A stretch of DNA of 64,000 nucleotides from Macrostomum lignano (Eukaryota). Where the stretch lies: NCBI GenBank assembly GCA_002269645.1, contig NIVC01002067.1, positions 62,001 to 126,000 of the forward strand, read 5' to 3'. Shown one piece after another: positions 9,771-22,342 of the stretch. Numbering within the stretch: the stretch's first letter is position 1; the number at the start of each line of letters is the position of its first letter. The notes under the pieces were generated by a model. The model had not been told where the DNA came from. It was given only the letters and a program-made list of their open reading frames with translations, and did no database searches. Made by a program: the position numbers and the translations under genes.

Positions 9771-10028
9771 AGGCTTTTCATATTACCAATTCCAGAATCA
9801 GAATCGGTTTGGATCTTTCAAGAAAAACAGCAGTATAACTTTTTAATTCTGTTGAATGTTTGACTGCCTTAACAACCTCAGCACAATTTTTCACTTTCTT
9901 CTTGGCAATTGTCATTCAATAATAAAAACTTTATAGCATGTATCTCTCTCTAGTTATGGAGACAAAAAGTTATACTTCACAAATTGGTTCTGGTTCTGAA
10001 ACCAGAACAAGCAGTATGAAAAGGCCCC
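9771..10028. mobile_element. MITE copy 2 (diverged paralogue of 8752-9009)
   Basis: Colinear with copy 1 with scattered substitutions; ends ...GTATGAAAAGGCCCC; TAG on both flanks. Confidence 0.8.
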
Positions 10029-11309
10029 TAGTTAAATTTCTTTTTACTTAGTTTTTCCGAAGTTCTAGGGGGCCTAGGCCTATTCACAATAGGCCTAATC
10101 ATATATAATGAAAAATATGTCAATATTCAATAAGCTAAAGAGTATAAGACTAAGTGCACATTTATTTAGCTAGACAGTAGGAGTAGGTGTTGTTAAAAGG
10201 TTTAAATCTGGCATTACTGATATTATCCTTGCTTAGATTAATGAAAGTTAAGAACTTAATATATATATCATATTTCACTGAGTCTAATAACTAATAGGGG
10301 CCTAAAGTAGGCAAACTATGATTGTATTATATGACAATCTTTTAAATAACAATCTAGTAAAGTGTTTTTACTCAATTGTTTTTTTGGGATTTAGGAGTTT
10401 ATGATTCTAGCACTTTTACAAATTAGCACCTTATGTTCATATAGGCCTATTTAGGTCTACTCTGGCAATCCTCTAGTTTTGCACATTTAATTATTTTTTT
10501 TAAGTTTTAACAATTTTTTAATGAAGTTTTACTCTAAAGTTTTAATAAGTTTAACAAGTTAGGGTTACTGTTATAAGATAGGGTCTATGAGTATAATCCA
10601 CTTTGGTAACTGCCACTTTAATAACAAAGAATGACCATTCCAGTAATAGGGCCTAGCCACTTTGGTAACTGCCACTTCTGTAATAAAGTTTAGATTTATG
10701 ACTATCAACACTAGGCCTATATCTTTGAAGCAAAATTAATAGTCATAATTTTTATTATTGTAATGGCTTTTGCTAATTTAATTATTATGCTTTTATTATT
10801 TATGTTATGTTTTTATAATTTAGCTTAGGCCTAGTTAGTTAATAAAATAAAAAGTTAGATTATTAAATTAATTATTGGGCCTATTAAATTATTGTTTATA
10901 GTAAATTAATACTGAGAATAAAATATCAGCTATCATACATGTATAATTTTTAGTCTTAGAAATTTAAGTTAAAGTAATAGAAAAATTGTATACAATTGCC
11001 TATAGGCAATACATTTAATGAATAGATATTAGGGAAAATAGTACATACCTATGGTTTGATATAATTTTTTTCCTCTATAACACATTGATATTATATTTTG
11101 GACAGAATATATGCAATATGCAATGTTCATTTTTTAATACTTTAACATCACATTGCATGCATCTGCCATCAAGCCAATTCATTGTTAGCATATTGATTAA
11201 GCCATCTAGACTTTTGTTGTTTAATAAGAATTTAACTGCATCATTATTCAGTCCATCTTGGTTTGCTACTAATAGTAGAATAAGCAAATTTTGCTCCTAT
11301 AATCAAGTC

Positions 11310-14300
11310 ATGACAGACAATATTAGCAAGGCTACTTCTACAACTAATCCTGCTATACAGACAGTGATTAATGATGTAGTAAAATCGCCTGAGGATAAAC
11401 ACTCTTATCGAGCTCTAGTGCTAAGCAATGGCATTCGAGTCATGCTTGTTAGTGATAGTGAAGCTGATAGATCAGCTGCATCTCTGTGTGTTCTGGCGGG
11501 CAGCATTAATGAACCTAAGGCTTGGCAAGGTAATTGAGCTTTTTATTGTATTGTAAAATGTACTCTGACATTGGGACTGGATTGAAACTCAATAGTGAGT
11601 GTGTTCAGTTCAAGTCAGATCATCTGTCATTCAATAGTGAGTGTGTTTAGTTCGAGTCAAATCACCTGTCAATCAATAGTGAGTGTGCTCAGTTCGAGTC
11701 AAGTCATCTATCATTCAATAGTAAGTGTGCTCAATTTGAATCAAATCATCTATCACTCAATAGTGAGTGTGCTCAATTTGAATCAAATCATCTATCACTC
11801 AATAGTAAGTGTGCTCAATTTGAATCAAATAATCTATCATTCAATAGTAAGTGTGCTCAATTTGAATCAAATCATCTATCATTCAATAGTAAGTGTGCTC
11901 AATTTGAATCAAATCATCTATCACTGAATAGTGAGTGTGCTAAAATCTTAGGTCACCATCTGTCTCTCAGTAGTAAGTGTGCTCAATTTGAGTCAAAATC
12001 ATCTATCATAATCTTAGGTCACCATCTGTCACTCAGTAGTAAGTGTGCTCAATTTGAGTCAAAATCATCTATCACTAAATAGTGAGTGTGCTTAAGTCTT
12101 GGGTAACCATCTGTCACTCAGTAGTAAGTGTGCCCAGTTCGAGTCATCCATCATGACTCCAGTTCGAGTTAAAATATTTCGTGATCTGCTTACACTGCAC
12201 GATAAAGTACTGATAAAGAAACTGACACCATTTATTCACCTCAGGCCTGGCCCATTTCTGCGAGCACATGCTATTCCTTGGCACAGAGAAATACCCAGTG
12301 GAGGACAGCTATTCAAATTTTATTAACGAGCACGGCGGCATGAACAATGCTTATACGGCTGAGGATCACACCTGCTATTTTTTCGATATTGCGCCTAAAC
12401 ATCTCGCTGAAGCGCTGGATCGATTCAGTCAGTTCTTCCTGTGCCCTCTGTTCACCCCGTCTGCTACTGAGCGTGAAGTGCAGGTAATCAATTTGCGTGA
12501 TTTTTTTGTCCGTCCGAGTTGGTTTAACAATAAAGTATTTAAAAAAAACAAATTTTCTACTAAAAGTAGCGTATAGAATACGTTTGTATTGATCGTTTTT
12601 TCCTTGTATTTCTACTATAAGTAGGGTAGTTAATAAAAGTTCATTGTTATTATGCCTGACTGGATTAGAAAGGCTCTATTGGGCCAGATGTGCAACCGAC
12701 AGCTCAGCCGCAGCTATTGCGCGGCGCTTCTGAAGGCTGCGTACGGCTGTTTAGTCCAAGGACTGGGGGTCGCCACACACAGCCTCAATTACCCCAGCTA
12801 ATGCTGGCACCTATTTTACAGCTGGGTGAACTGAAGCAATGCAGAGTTAAGTGTCTTGCTCAAGGACACAAATTGTTCCAGTGGGATCGGGAATCGAACC
12901 CCCGACCTTTCAGTAACTAAAGTCCGAAGTCAGCTGACACAAATTTCCAAATCCCCTCCACAGGCTGTCCACTCGGAGCATTCGAAAAACATTCCACAAG
13001 ATGTTTGGCGTATGCAACAACTTGAGCACACTCTGGCTAATCCTGAGCACGATTATGGGGATCATTTCTTTACTGGCAGCCTTGAGACTCTGCTGCCAGA
13101 TTCTTCGAAAGCCGGCGAGCTGAGAGAGCAGCTGTTGAAATTTCACGCTGAAGAATATTCTGCTAATAGGCTGCACCTGGCCGTGCTGGGCTGCGAGTCT
13201 CTGGACGAGTTGCAGTCCATGGTTGTGAGCACCTTTGCTAGCGTGCCTAATAAGAATCTGCCGGTGAGACGTTGGGATAAGCATCCCTACGATGGGAGCG
13301 AGTGCGGAGTCAAGGTGAGGTATTTGTAATGAATATGAGGATTTGTAGTGAATATGAGGATTTTTAATGAATATGAGGATTTGTAATGAATATGAAGATT
13401 TGTAATGAATATGAGGATTTGTAGTGAATATGAGGATTTGTAATGAATATGAGGATTTGTAGTGAATATGAGGATTTGTAGTGAATATGAGGATTTGTAA
13501 TGAATATGAGGATTTGTAATGAATATGAAGATTTGTAATGAATATGAGGATTTGTAGTGAATATGAGGATTTGTAATGAATATGAGGATTTGTAGTGAAT
13601 ATGGGAACTGGTAATTAATATGGGGATTTATAAAGAATATAAATAGGGATTTTTAATGAGCACAGCATATCCAGAAAGTCCAACAAGCCTCTTCCCCCCA
13701 ACTGGGCCCAGGTGTACGCCGTGACTATTAAAGACGTGCGCACTCTGCAGCTGGTATTCCCCATGCCAGAGCTGCGCTATCACTACAAAGGCGCGCCTGA
13801 CCGCTACCTCAGCCACCTGATTGGTCACGAGGCTCCTGGCAGTATACTGGCCTATCTGAAGCGCAAAGGCTGGAGCAACGCCCTGTCCGCCGGCTGCGGC
13901 GGCGGCTCTCTGGGCTACGACTTTTTCAAAGTGTCGCTCGACCTCACCGAGGAGGGCGCCAGACGCGAGGACGCCGTCATTGCCACCCTGTTCCGCTATA
14001 TTGACATGCTCCGGCGGGAAGGACCCCAAGAGTGGATTTATAATGAGGAGCGCGATTTGGAGTACATGTCGTTCCGGTTTCGGGATAAATCCCAGCCAAT
14101 CGACTTGACCGAGCGACTGTCGGCCAAGATGCTGTATTATCCTCAGAGGGACGCCCTGGCCGCTAAAGTGGTGCTGAGCGAGTACATGCCCGACAAGATT
14201 ACGGAGTTGTTAAATTTGATGACGCCAGACCGATGCAAAGTCTACATTGGTAGTCAGGTGTGATTCATTTGGTATTTTTTGGCGAGAGCTTTTTATAAAT

Positions 14301-17300
14301 TGACCCCCATACATACTAGATACAGTAGTTATCCTGACCCAAAATGACCTCGGTTGACCTCGTACTTATACTCGTACACAATAGAAATAGATAGTAGTTG
14401 TCCTGACCCGAAATGACCCCAGTTGACCATATACACAATAGACATGGACAGTAGTTGTCCTGACCCGAAATGACCCCAGTTGACCATAGACACAATAGAC
14501 ATGGACAGTAGTTGTCCTGACCCGAAATGACCCCAGTTGGCCATATACACAATAGACATGGACAGTAGTTGTCCTGACCCGAAATGACCCCAGTTGACCA
14601 TATAGGCAATAGAAATAGATTGTAGGTGTCGTGACCTTAAATGACCCCCGTTGAACTTGTACACAGTAGACAGTTAATAGTTGTCCTGACCCGAAATGAC
14701 CCCAGTTGACCTCCGTATCTATTTAATTTGCCCGCCCGCCAGTCGGTCAAGGACAAGTGCACCCGAACCGAGCCGTACTACGGTGTCCAATACGGCGTTG
14801 AGAAATTCTCGCCCGAACTGCTAGCGGCCTGTCGCGGGGATTATCAGCAGCTGGCTACTGCTGACAGCTTTTGGCCCAACGGCGAACTGCCAGACTCGGA
14901 GCTGCACTTGCCCAGTCCTAATCCGTTCATACCGACCGATTTCTCGTTGAAATCGGCCACCGATCAGCACAGAGACTCGCCTCCGCCAGCCTCTGCCGGG
15001 CCTCTGATCCTGCGATCGGACAGGCGGGGCCGGCTGTGGCATCGGTTAGATTACGATTACGCACTGCCCAAAGCTTGCTACACTATCGAGCTGATATCTC
15101 CGTGCGCTTACACGGATTCTTATGCCGCAGTTTGTTCCAATCTTTACTTTCAACTATTGTCCGACGCATTGAACGCGTTGACCTACGATGCCGAATTGGC
15201 CGGATTGAATTATCGAATTGATCCCACGGAGAATGGCGCCGTTCTGCATTGTTCCGGTTATAACGACAAATTGCCCGTACTGTTGAATAGCGTTCTGCAG
15301 AAGATGACTAAGCCAGACTTCAATCCTGTTCGATTTGCTAGTCTGTACGATCATGTAAGTTTGTAATGACTTTCTATGGCTTTTGTGTGACCCGTGAGAT
15401 CTGATTGTCTATGGCTTTTGTGTGACCCGTGAGATCTGATTGTCTATGGCTTTTGTGTGACCCGAGAGATCTGATTGTCTATGGCTTTTGTGTGACCCGA
15501 GAGATCTGATTGTCTATGGCTTTTGTGTGACCCGAGAGATCTGATTGTCTATGGCTTTTGTGTGACCCGAGAGATCTGATTGTCTATGGCTTTTGTGTGA
15601 CCCGAGAGATCTGATTGTCTATGGCTTTTGTGTGATCCGAGAGATCTGATTGTCTATGGCTTTTGTGTGACCCGAGAGATCTGATTGTCTATGGCTTTTG
15701 TGTGACCCGAGAGATCTGATTGTCTATGGCTTTTGTGTGACCCGAGAGATCTGATTGTCTATGGCTTTTGTGTGACCCGAGAGATCTGATTGTCTATGGC
15801 TTTTGTGTGATCCGAGAGATTTGATTGTCTATGGCTTTTGTGTGAACCGTGAGATTTGATTGTCTATGGCTTTTGTGTGACCCGAGAGATCTGATTGTCT
15901 ATGGCTTTTGTGTGACCCGAGAGATCTGATTGTCTATGGCTTTTGTGTGACCCGAGAGATCTGATTGTCTATGGCTTTTGTGTGATCCGAGAGATTTGAT
16001 TGTCTATGGCTTTTGTGTGAACCGTGAGATTTGATTGTCTATGGCTTTTGTGTGACCCGTGAGATTTGATTGTCTATGGCTTTTGTGTGAACCGTGAGAT
16101 TTGATTGTCTATGGCTTTTGTGTGACCCGAGAGATCTGATTGTCTATGGCTTTTGTGTGAACCGTGAGATTGTCTATGGCTTTTGTGTGACCCCTGAGAT
16201 TTGATTGTCTACATGGCTTTTGTGTGACCCCTGAGATTTGATTGTCTACATGGCTTTTGTGTGACCCGAGAGATCTGATTGTCCTTATGGATTTTGCGTA
16301 ACATGTGACATTTGATTTGAGACTTATTTAAACGGAATTTGTGTCATGAGATTTCTGGGAAATGTGAGCCATGTGATGATCCTCATGCAAGGTATGTCAC
16401 CACTCTAGTCCGCCAGTATCACCCACTGTCGCCCAATTTAGATGGAACGCAGTTTGAAAAACTTCAAGTTGGAGCAGCCCTACCAGCACTGCAGCTTCCA
16501 TATGAACCTCATCTGCAAGACTCTGGTGTGGACTCCCGACGATCAACTGGATGCTTTGGCCAGTAAGTCAATGCAGATTAGTGGTCTGGTTATCAAAACT
16601 GTGCTTTGGTTATGTAACATCACCCCAATCAGACTGAAGTCTCACGCCTATCTACTCAATCAGTCTAAAAGTAAACTTCTCTCTCGACCAATCCAAAACC
16701 TCATCCCCGCCACCTTAAAATCTCAGCCCCCAAAAACCCAGTCACTCCAAACCAACGCAAAATCTCATCCCATCAAAGTCAAAGTCTCACCTCAGCAAAC
16801 TCAAAATCTCACACCCAATAAGTCCAAAATCTCACCTTAATCAAACAAAAATCTCACCCTAACCAACCCAAAATCTCACCTCAACTAATCCCAAATCTCG
16901 CCCCAACCAACCAAAATCTCACCCTAACCAACCCAAAATCTCACCCCAACTAATCCCAAATCTCGCCCCAACCAACCAAAATCTCACGCCAACCAACCAA
17001 AAATCTCACCCAACTAATCCCAAATCTCGCCCCAACCAACCAAAATCTCACCCCAACCAACCAAAAATCTCACCCAGCTAATCCCATATCTCACCCCAGC
17101 CAACCAAAAATCTCACCCAACTAATCCCAAATCTCACCCCAACCAACCCAAAATCTCACCCCAACTAATCCCAAATCTTACCCCAACCAACCACCCCAAC
17201 CAACCAAAAATCTCTCCTCAACCAACCAAAAATCTCAAATCAACCAACCAAAAATCTCTCCTCAACCAACCAAAAATCTCAAATCAACCAACCAAAAATC

Positions 17301-20300
17301 TCACCCCAAATAATCCAAAATCTCACATAACCAACCCAAAATCTCGCATCGCCAGACGTCACGCTGGACAGCGTGCTGCAGTTCAGTCGCCAGATGCAGT
17401 CCCGCCTGTACACGGAGACCCTCGTCTACGGTAACGTCGCCGCGACAGAGGCCGAGCCAATCGCCGACTCGGTTCTGGCCTCTCTGACGGCAACTCCGGT
17501 GCCGAGATCGGAGATCGCTCGAGCTCGCGACTTCCTACTTCCGGCGGGCACGCATCACCTGTACCGCAGCGTGCACTCGCATCACAAGGACTCCGCGTGC
17601 GCTGTGTACTTTCAAATTGAGTCCGACGCGGCCGGCGGATTCGACGCTAAAATTCGAACTCGCGTCCTTTGTCGCCTACTTGGGCAAGTAGTGCAGGAGT
17701 CCTATTTTGATTCCCTGCGAACTAAACAGCAACTGGGCTATTTGGTTGGCGTCAGGACTTCGGCTGGGGTTAACACTGACGGTCTGATTTTCTTTGTGCA
17801 GTCTGACAGGTGAGAATTATCAGTTTTGATCATCTCCCACAAGAATCGCCATCTCACCCAAGAATCGCCATCAAGTCTCTCACAAGAATCGCCATCAAAT
17901 CTCCCACAAGAATCGCCATCAAATCTCACCTAAGAATCGCCATCAAAACTCTCACAAGAACCGCCATCAAATCTCACCCAAGAATCGCCATCAAATCTCA
18001 CAAGAATCGCCATCAAATCTCACAAGAATCGCCATCAAATCTCCCACAAGAATCGCCATCAAATCTCACCTAAGAATCGCCATCAAAACTCTCACAAGAA
18101 CCGCCATCAAATCTCTCACAAGAATCGCCATCAAATCTCCCACAAGAATCGCCATCAAATCTCACCTAAGAATCGCCATCAAAACTCTCACAAGAACCGC
18201 CATCAAATCTCACCCAAGAATCGCCATCAAATCTCACAAGAATCGCCATCAAATCTCACAAGAATCGCCATCAAATCTCCCACAAGAATCGCCATCAAAT
18301 CTCACCCAAGAATCGCCATCAAATCTCACAAGAATCGCCATCAAATCTCCCACAAGAATCGCCATCAAATCTCCCACAAGAATCGCCATCAAATCTCACA
18401 AAAATCGCCATCAAATCTCACAAGAATCGCCATCAAATCTCCCACAAGAATCGCCATCAAATCTCCCACAAGAATCGCCATCAAATCTCACAAAAATCGC
18501 CATCAAATTTGCCACAATAATCGCCATTTACTCCCTCATAGCATTCGCCTCTTCGATATTCTCCATTGCTATTGTCGCATTAGAATCAATATTTAACAAT
18601 TAAAAATAATTTCCATCCGGATGAAACTCCCATCAGGCACCCAGTGTACCTGGAGGAGCGAATCGACGCTTTCATCGACTCAATTGCCGACGATCTTAAA
18701 TCGATGCCGGACGAGCAGTTCCAATCTCACGTGGCCGCTTTAAACTCGGTGATCACTGAGAAGCCCAAAAAGATGACTGCACGAAATCAGCTGTACTTTG
18801 AAGAGATTCGCCGTGGCACATTGTGCTTCGATCGCAAAGAGCGCCTGTCTGCCTGCCTGACTAAGATCACTAAGGATGACCTGCTGCAGCACGTCAATGT
18901 GAGCGATTGATTCTTTAATTTCTACCCTAACCCCAACCTGAAAAAGACCCTGCACTCCGAGCTGCTACAAAGACCCTGCACTCCGAGCTGCTACAAAGAC
19001 CCTGCACTCAAGACTACAAAGACTTGAGACTTAAGCTACACTTGAAGCTACAAAGATCCTGTATTTTAATCTACAAAGACCCTGCACTCTAAGCTACAAA
19101 GACCCAACACTTTAAGCTACAAATACCCTGTACTTTAAGCTACAAATACCCTGTACTTTAAACTACAAATAACCTGCACTCTAAGCTACAAAGACCCTGC
19201 ACTCTAAGCTACAAATACCCTGCACTCTAAGCTACAAAGACCCAACACTTTAAGCTACAAATACCCTGTACTTTAAGCTACAAATACCCTGTACTTTAAA
19301 CTACAAATAACCTGCACTCTAAGCTACAAAGACCCTGCACTCTAAGCTACAAATACCCTGCACTCTAAGCTACAAAGACCCAACACTTTAAGCTACAAAT
19401 ACCCTGTACTTTAAACTACAAATACCCAGCACTCTTAGCTACAAATACTCTGCACTTTAAGCTACAAATACCCTGCACTCTAAGCTACAAAGACCAAACA
19501 CTTTAAGCTACAAATACCCTGCACTCTTAGCTACAAATACCCTGCACTCTAAGCTACAAAGACCAAACACTTTAAGCTACAAATACCCTGTACTTTAAAC
19601 TACAAATACCCTGCACTCTTAGCTACAAATACTCTGCACTTTAAGCTACAAATACCCTGCACTCTAAGCTACAAAGACCAAACACTTTAAGCTACAAATA
19701 CCCTGTACTTTAAACTACAAATACCCTGCACTCTTAGCTACAAATACCCTGCACTCTAAGCTACAAATACCCTGCACTCTAAGCTACAAATACCCTGCAC
19801 TCTAAGCTACAAAGACCAAACACTTTAAGCTACAAATACCCTGTACTTTAAACTACAAATAACCTGCACTTTAAGCTACAAATACCCTGCACTCTTAGCT
19901 ACAAATACCCTGCACTCTAAGCTACAAATACCCTGCACTCTTAGCTACAAATACTCTGCACTTTAAGCTACAAATACCCTGCACTGTAAGCTACAAAGAC
20001 CAAACACTTTAAGCTACAAATACCCTGTACTTTAAACTACAAATACCCTGCACTTTAAGCTACAAATACCCTGCACTCTAAGCTACAAAGACCAAACACT
20101 TTAAGCTACAAAGACCCTGCGCTTTTTATTCCTCTTTCCTATCCAATCTAGCGAACAGGATCAGTGCTCCCATTTCACGAGTATTTCAAGACTTTGCCAC
20201 GCGTTCCTCATTATAATATGCTAATGAACAGGCCGCCGCGTTCAAATTCCCTTTCTCCAGACCTGGCTAAGCAAAGATTCGAAGCAGAGGCGCCGTCTGT

Positions 20301-20576
20301 CGTTGCACGTTGTCTCCGAAGAGACACACGGCGGCATCAAAGATGCAGACTATGCCAACTATACGGTGAGGGCTGGGGTTCGACTCTGCAAATTCATATT
20401 TCACTATTCACTATTCATTTCTCGCCCCCCCCCAAACCGCGCAGGGAGTCAACATTCCGAGCGTGCAGGAATTTCAACGCCGCCTGCTGCTTGGCCCGCT
20501 GCCAGCGCCGGCCGCTCCGGAGTCGCGGTTTCTGTCCGCATCTGCGGCTACCGCTGCCGCGGCTGCTAAACTCTGA
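11310..20576 (+). CDS. ide: Insulin-degrading enzyme (insulysin, M16A metallopeptidase), 10 exons, ~1013 aa
   Basis: Exons 11310-11529, 12245-12483, 12964-13314, 13712-14257, 14743-15354, 16442-16562, 17356-17809, 18637-18898, 20261-20365 and 20445-20576. All introns are GT-AG and phase-consistent, total 3042 nt. Motifs [30 protein letters not shown] (HxxEH), [27 protein letters not shown]; C-terminal AKL. Confidence 0.96.
11590..12150. repeat. 42-bp minisatellite, ide intron 1
   Basis: Unit TCAATAGTAAGTGTGCTCAATTTGAATCAAATCATCTATCAY, degenerating toward both ends. Confidence 0.9.
12640..12945 (-). mobile_element. tRNA-derived CORE-type SINE in ide intron 2
   Basis: Minus strand reads B-box GGTTCGATTCC, then TGTGTCCTTGAGCAAGACACTTAACTC...CAGCTGTAAAATAGG. 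This resembles the MIR CORE consensus as I recall it. Boundaries are approximate. Confidence 0.72.
13327..13625. repeat. 19-bp minisatellite, ide intron 3
   Basis: Unit TAATGAATATGAGGATTTG. Confidence 0.93.
14320..14712. repeat. 57-bp minisatellite, ide intron 4
   Basis: TGACCCGAAATGACCCCAGTTG recurs at 14404, 14461 and 14518. Confidence 0.9.
15373..16290. repeat. 35-bp minisatellite, ide intron 5
   Basis: Unit CTATGGCTTTTGTGTGACCCGAGAGATCTGATTGT, highly homogeneous. Confidence 0.95.
16780..17345. repeat. ~21-bp degenerate C/A-rich minisatellite, ide intron 6
   Basis: AAAATCTCACCCCAACCAACC variants. Confidence 0.88.
17833..18520. repeat. ~22-24-bp minisatellite, ide intron 7
   Basis: CAAGAATCGCCATCAAATCTC(CC)A variants. 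Confidence 0.93.
18945..20120. repeat. 23-bp minisatellite, ide intron 8
   Basis: CTACAAATACCCTGCACTCTAAG variants. Confidence 0.94.
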
Positions 20577-20744
20577 GATTAGTCTGTGGCTGCCAGGATT
20601 GATTCTCGTTTTCCTGACAATCTGAATTGTATTTTCTTTTCTTGGGGTGGTAATTAGGGATGTTTTATTTTGGGTGTTCAACTGGAATGTTTAATATCGA
20701 TTTTTATTTGTCTCTTTATTGAGAAATTATTTATTTACTTGCTT

Positions 20745-21350
20745 TTTAAGTGTTTATTGTGGATTTATTTGACTTTTGAGTGTTTATTGGGGATTTGATT
20801 TGTGTTTATTGTGGATTTGTTTGATTTGAGTGTTTATTGTGGATTTGATTTGTGTTTATTGTGGATTTATTTGACTTTTGAGTGTTTATTGGGGATTTGA
20901 TTTGTGTTTATTGTGGATTTGTTTGATTTGAGTGTTTATTGTGGATTTGATTTGTGTTTATTGTGGATTTATTTGATTTGAGAGTGTTTATTGTGGATTT
21001 GATTTGTGTTTATTGTGGATTTGTTTGATTTGAGAGTGTTTATTAGGGATTTAATTTGTGTTTATTGTGGATTTGTTTGATTTGAGAGTGTTTATTGTGA
21101 ATTTATTTGATTTGAGTGTTTATTGTGGATTTATTTGATTTGAGAGTGTTTATTGTAGATTTATTTGATTTGAGAGTGTTTATTGTGGATTTGATTTGTG
21201 TTTATTGTGGATTTGTTTGATTTGAGAGTGTTTATTGTGGATTTATTTGATTTGAGTGTTTATTGTGGATTTATTTGATTTGAGATTGTTTATTGTAGAT
21301 TTATTTGATTTTAGAGTGTTTACTGTGGATTTATTTGAGTTGAGTGTTTA
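20745..21350. repeat. TG-rich minisatellite 3' of ide
   Basis: GTGTTTATTGTGGATTT(ATTT)GATTT(GA) variants of ~22-30 bp. Confidence 0.88.
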
Positions 21351-22342
21351 TTCTGCATCTTTTAATGAGGTGTTTGTTGCGAATGTTTACTTTTGTGTTC
21401 TTGTTTTTTGTTAATCGTTTTTACTTATTGTGTTTATTTTTGTGTTTAATTGTGGTTGTTTTTGGTGTGTTTTTCTGAATTCATAAGAGCTGCACCATGG
21501 GGTGTTTAGGTTATAGTTAAGGGCATTTTAGGCGGTCTTAATCCGAAAACCGAAATGGCTCGGTCTAAACCGAATATCTCCCAACTGAGTGTTTATGGGT
21601 ATTTTATAGGATTGCATGTGCAATTTCAGAACAATAAACGATTCTTTGTTTTAATTTTATCTACTCTATCTTGTTATTAAACTTGTATTTAACATTTAAT
21701 ATACATTTAGTTTTAGACTTCAACGTAACTTTAGTGAACAGAAAGATTGTTGTCAGTAGTAGTTCCATGTAGTAGTATGTATTGCTACAAAACTATTTTG
21801 ATTATCATTTTATCATCCATCGGTCGAAGTGAACGCAGCATGCACCAATTTTATTAAATATATTTTCTCTTGTTTTTGTCGTTAATCTTGTTCTGTTTGG
21901 TTCTAATTAATAAAGTCTGATCAATATTCAACGAAGCAGTTCACCAAGATGACGGTATAATTCTTTTCTGCAATAATCTTTTAATTTCTAGAATTTTGTT
22001 TTACACTCTCTCTTATTTAAACTGGTGCGATATAATTTTCAAAACCAGTAGTAGTTTAGTAGTAGTATTTAATAACGTCAGTAGGTAGTTAAACTAGTAG
22101 CAGATACTTTCGAATCTTTTACTCAACCTAATTGATTTTGGCATGATTTTCAAATACGAGAGTATACTACAATAACTTTCACTGTCTACTTGTAAAGCAG
22201 CATCTGCAGCCCCAGTTTTATAGTCTATGGCGCATGTTCAATGTTTACAACTATGCCTAAGGGACCGCGCATCACTTCAATTCAGATTTTACTAGGAAAA
22301 ACGGTAGCAGATTTTAAATCATACGAAGTCCGCCGCACACTC

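Noticed and set aside
20152-20260. Alternative ide acceptor at 20151 leading into ORF 20164-20625
   Set aside because: That frame lacks IDE similarity. The 20260 acceptor gives [10 protein letters not shown] and the AKL terminus.
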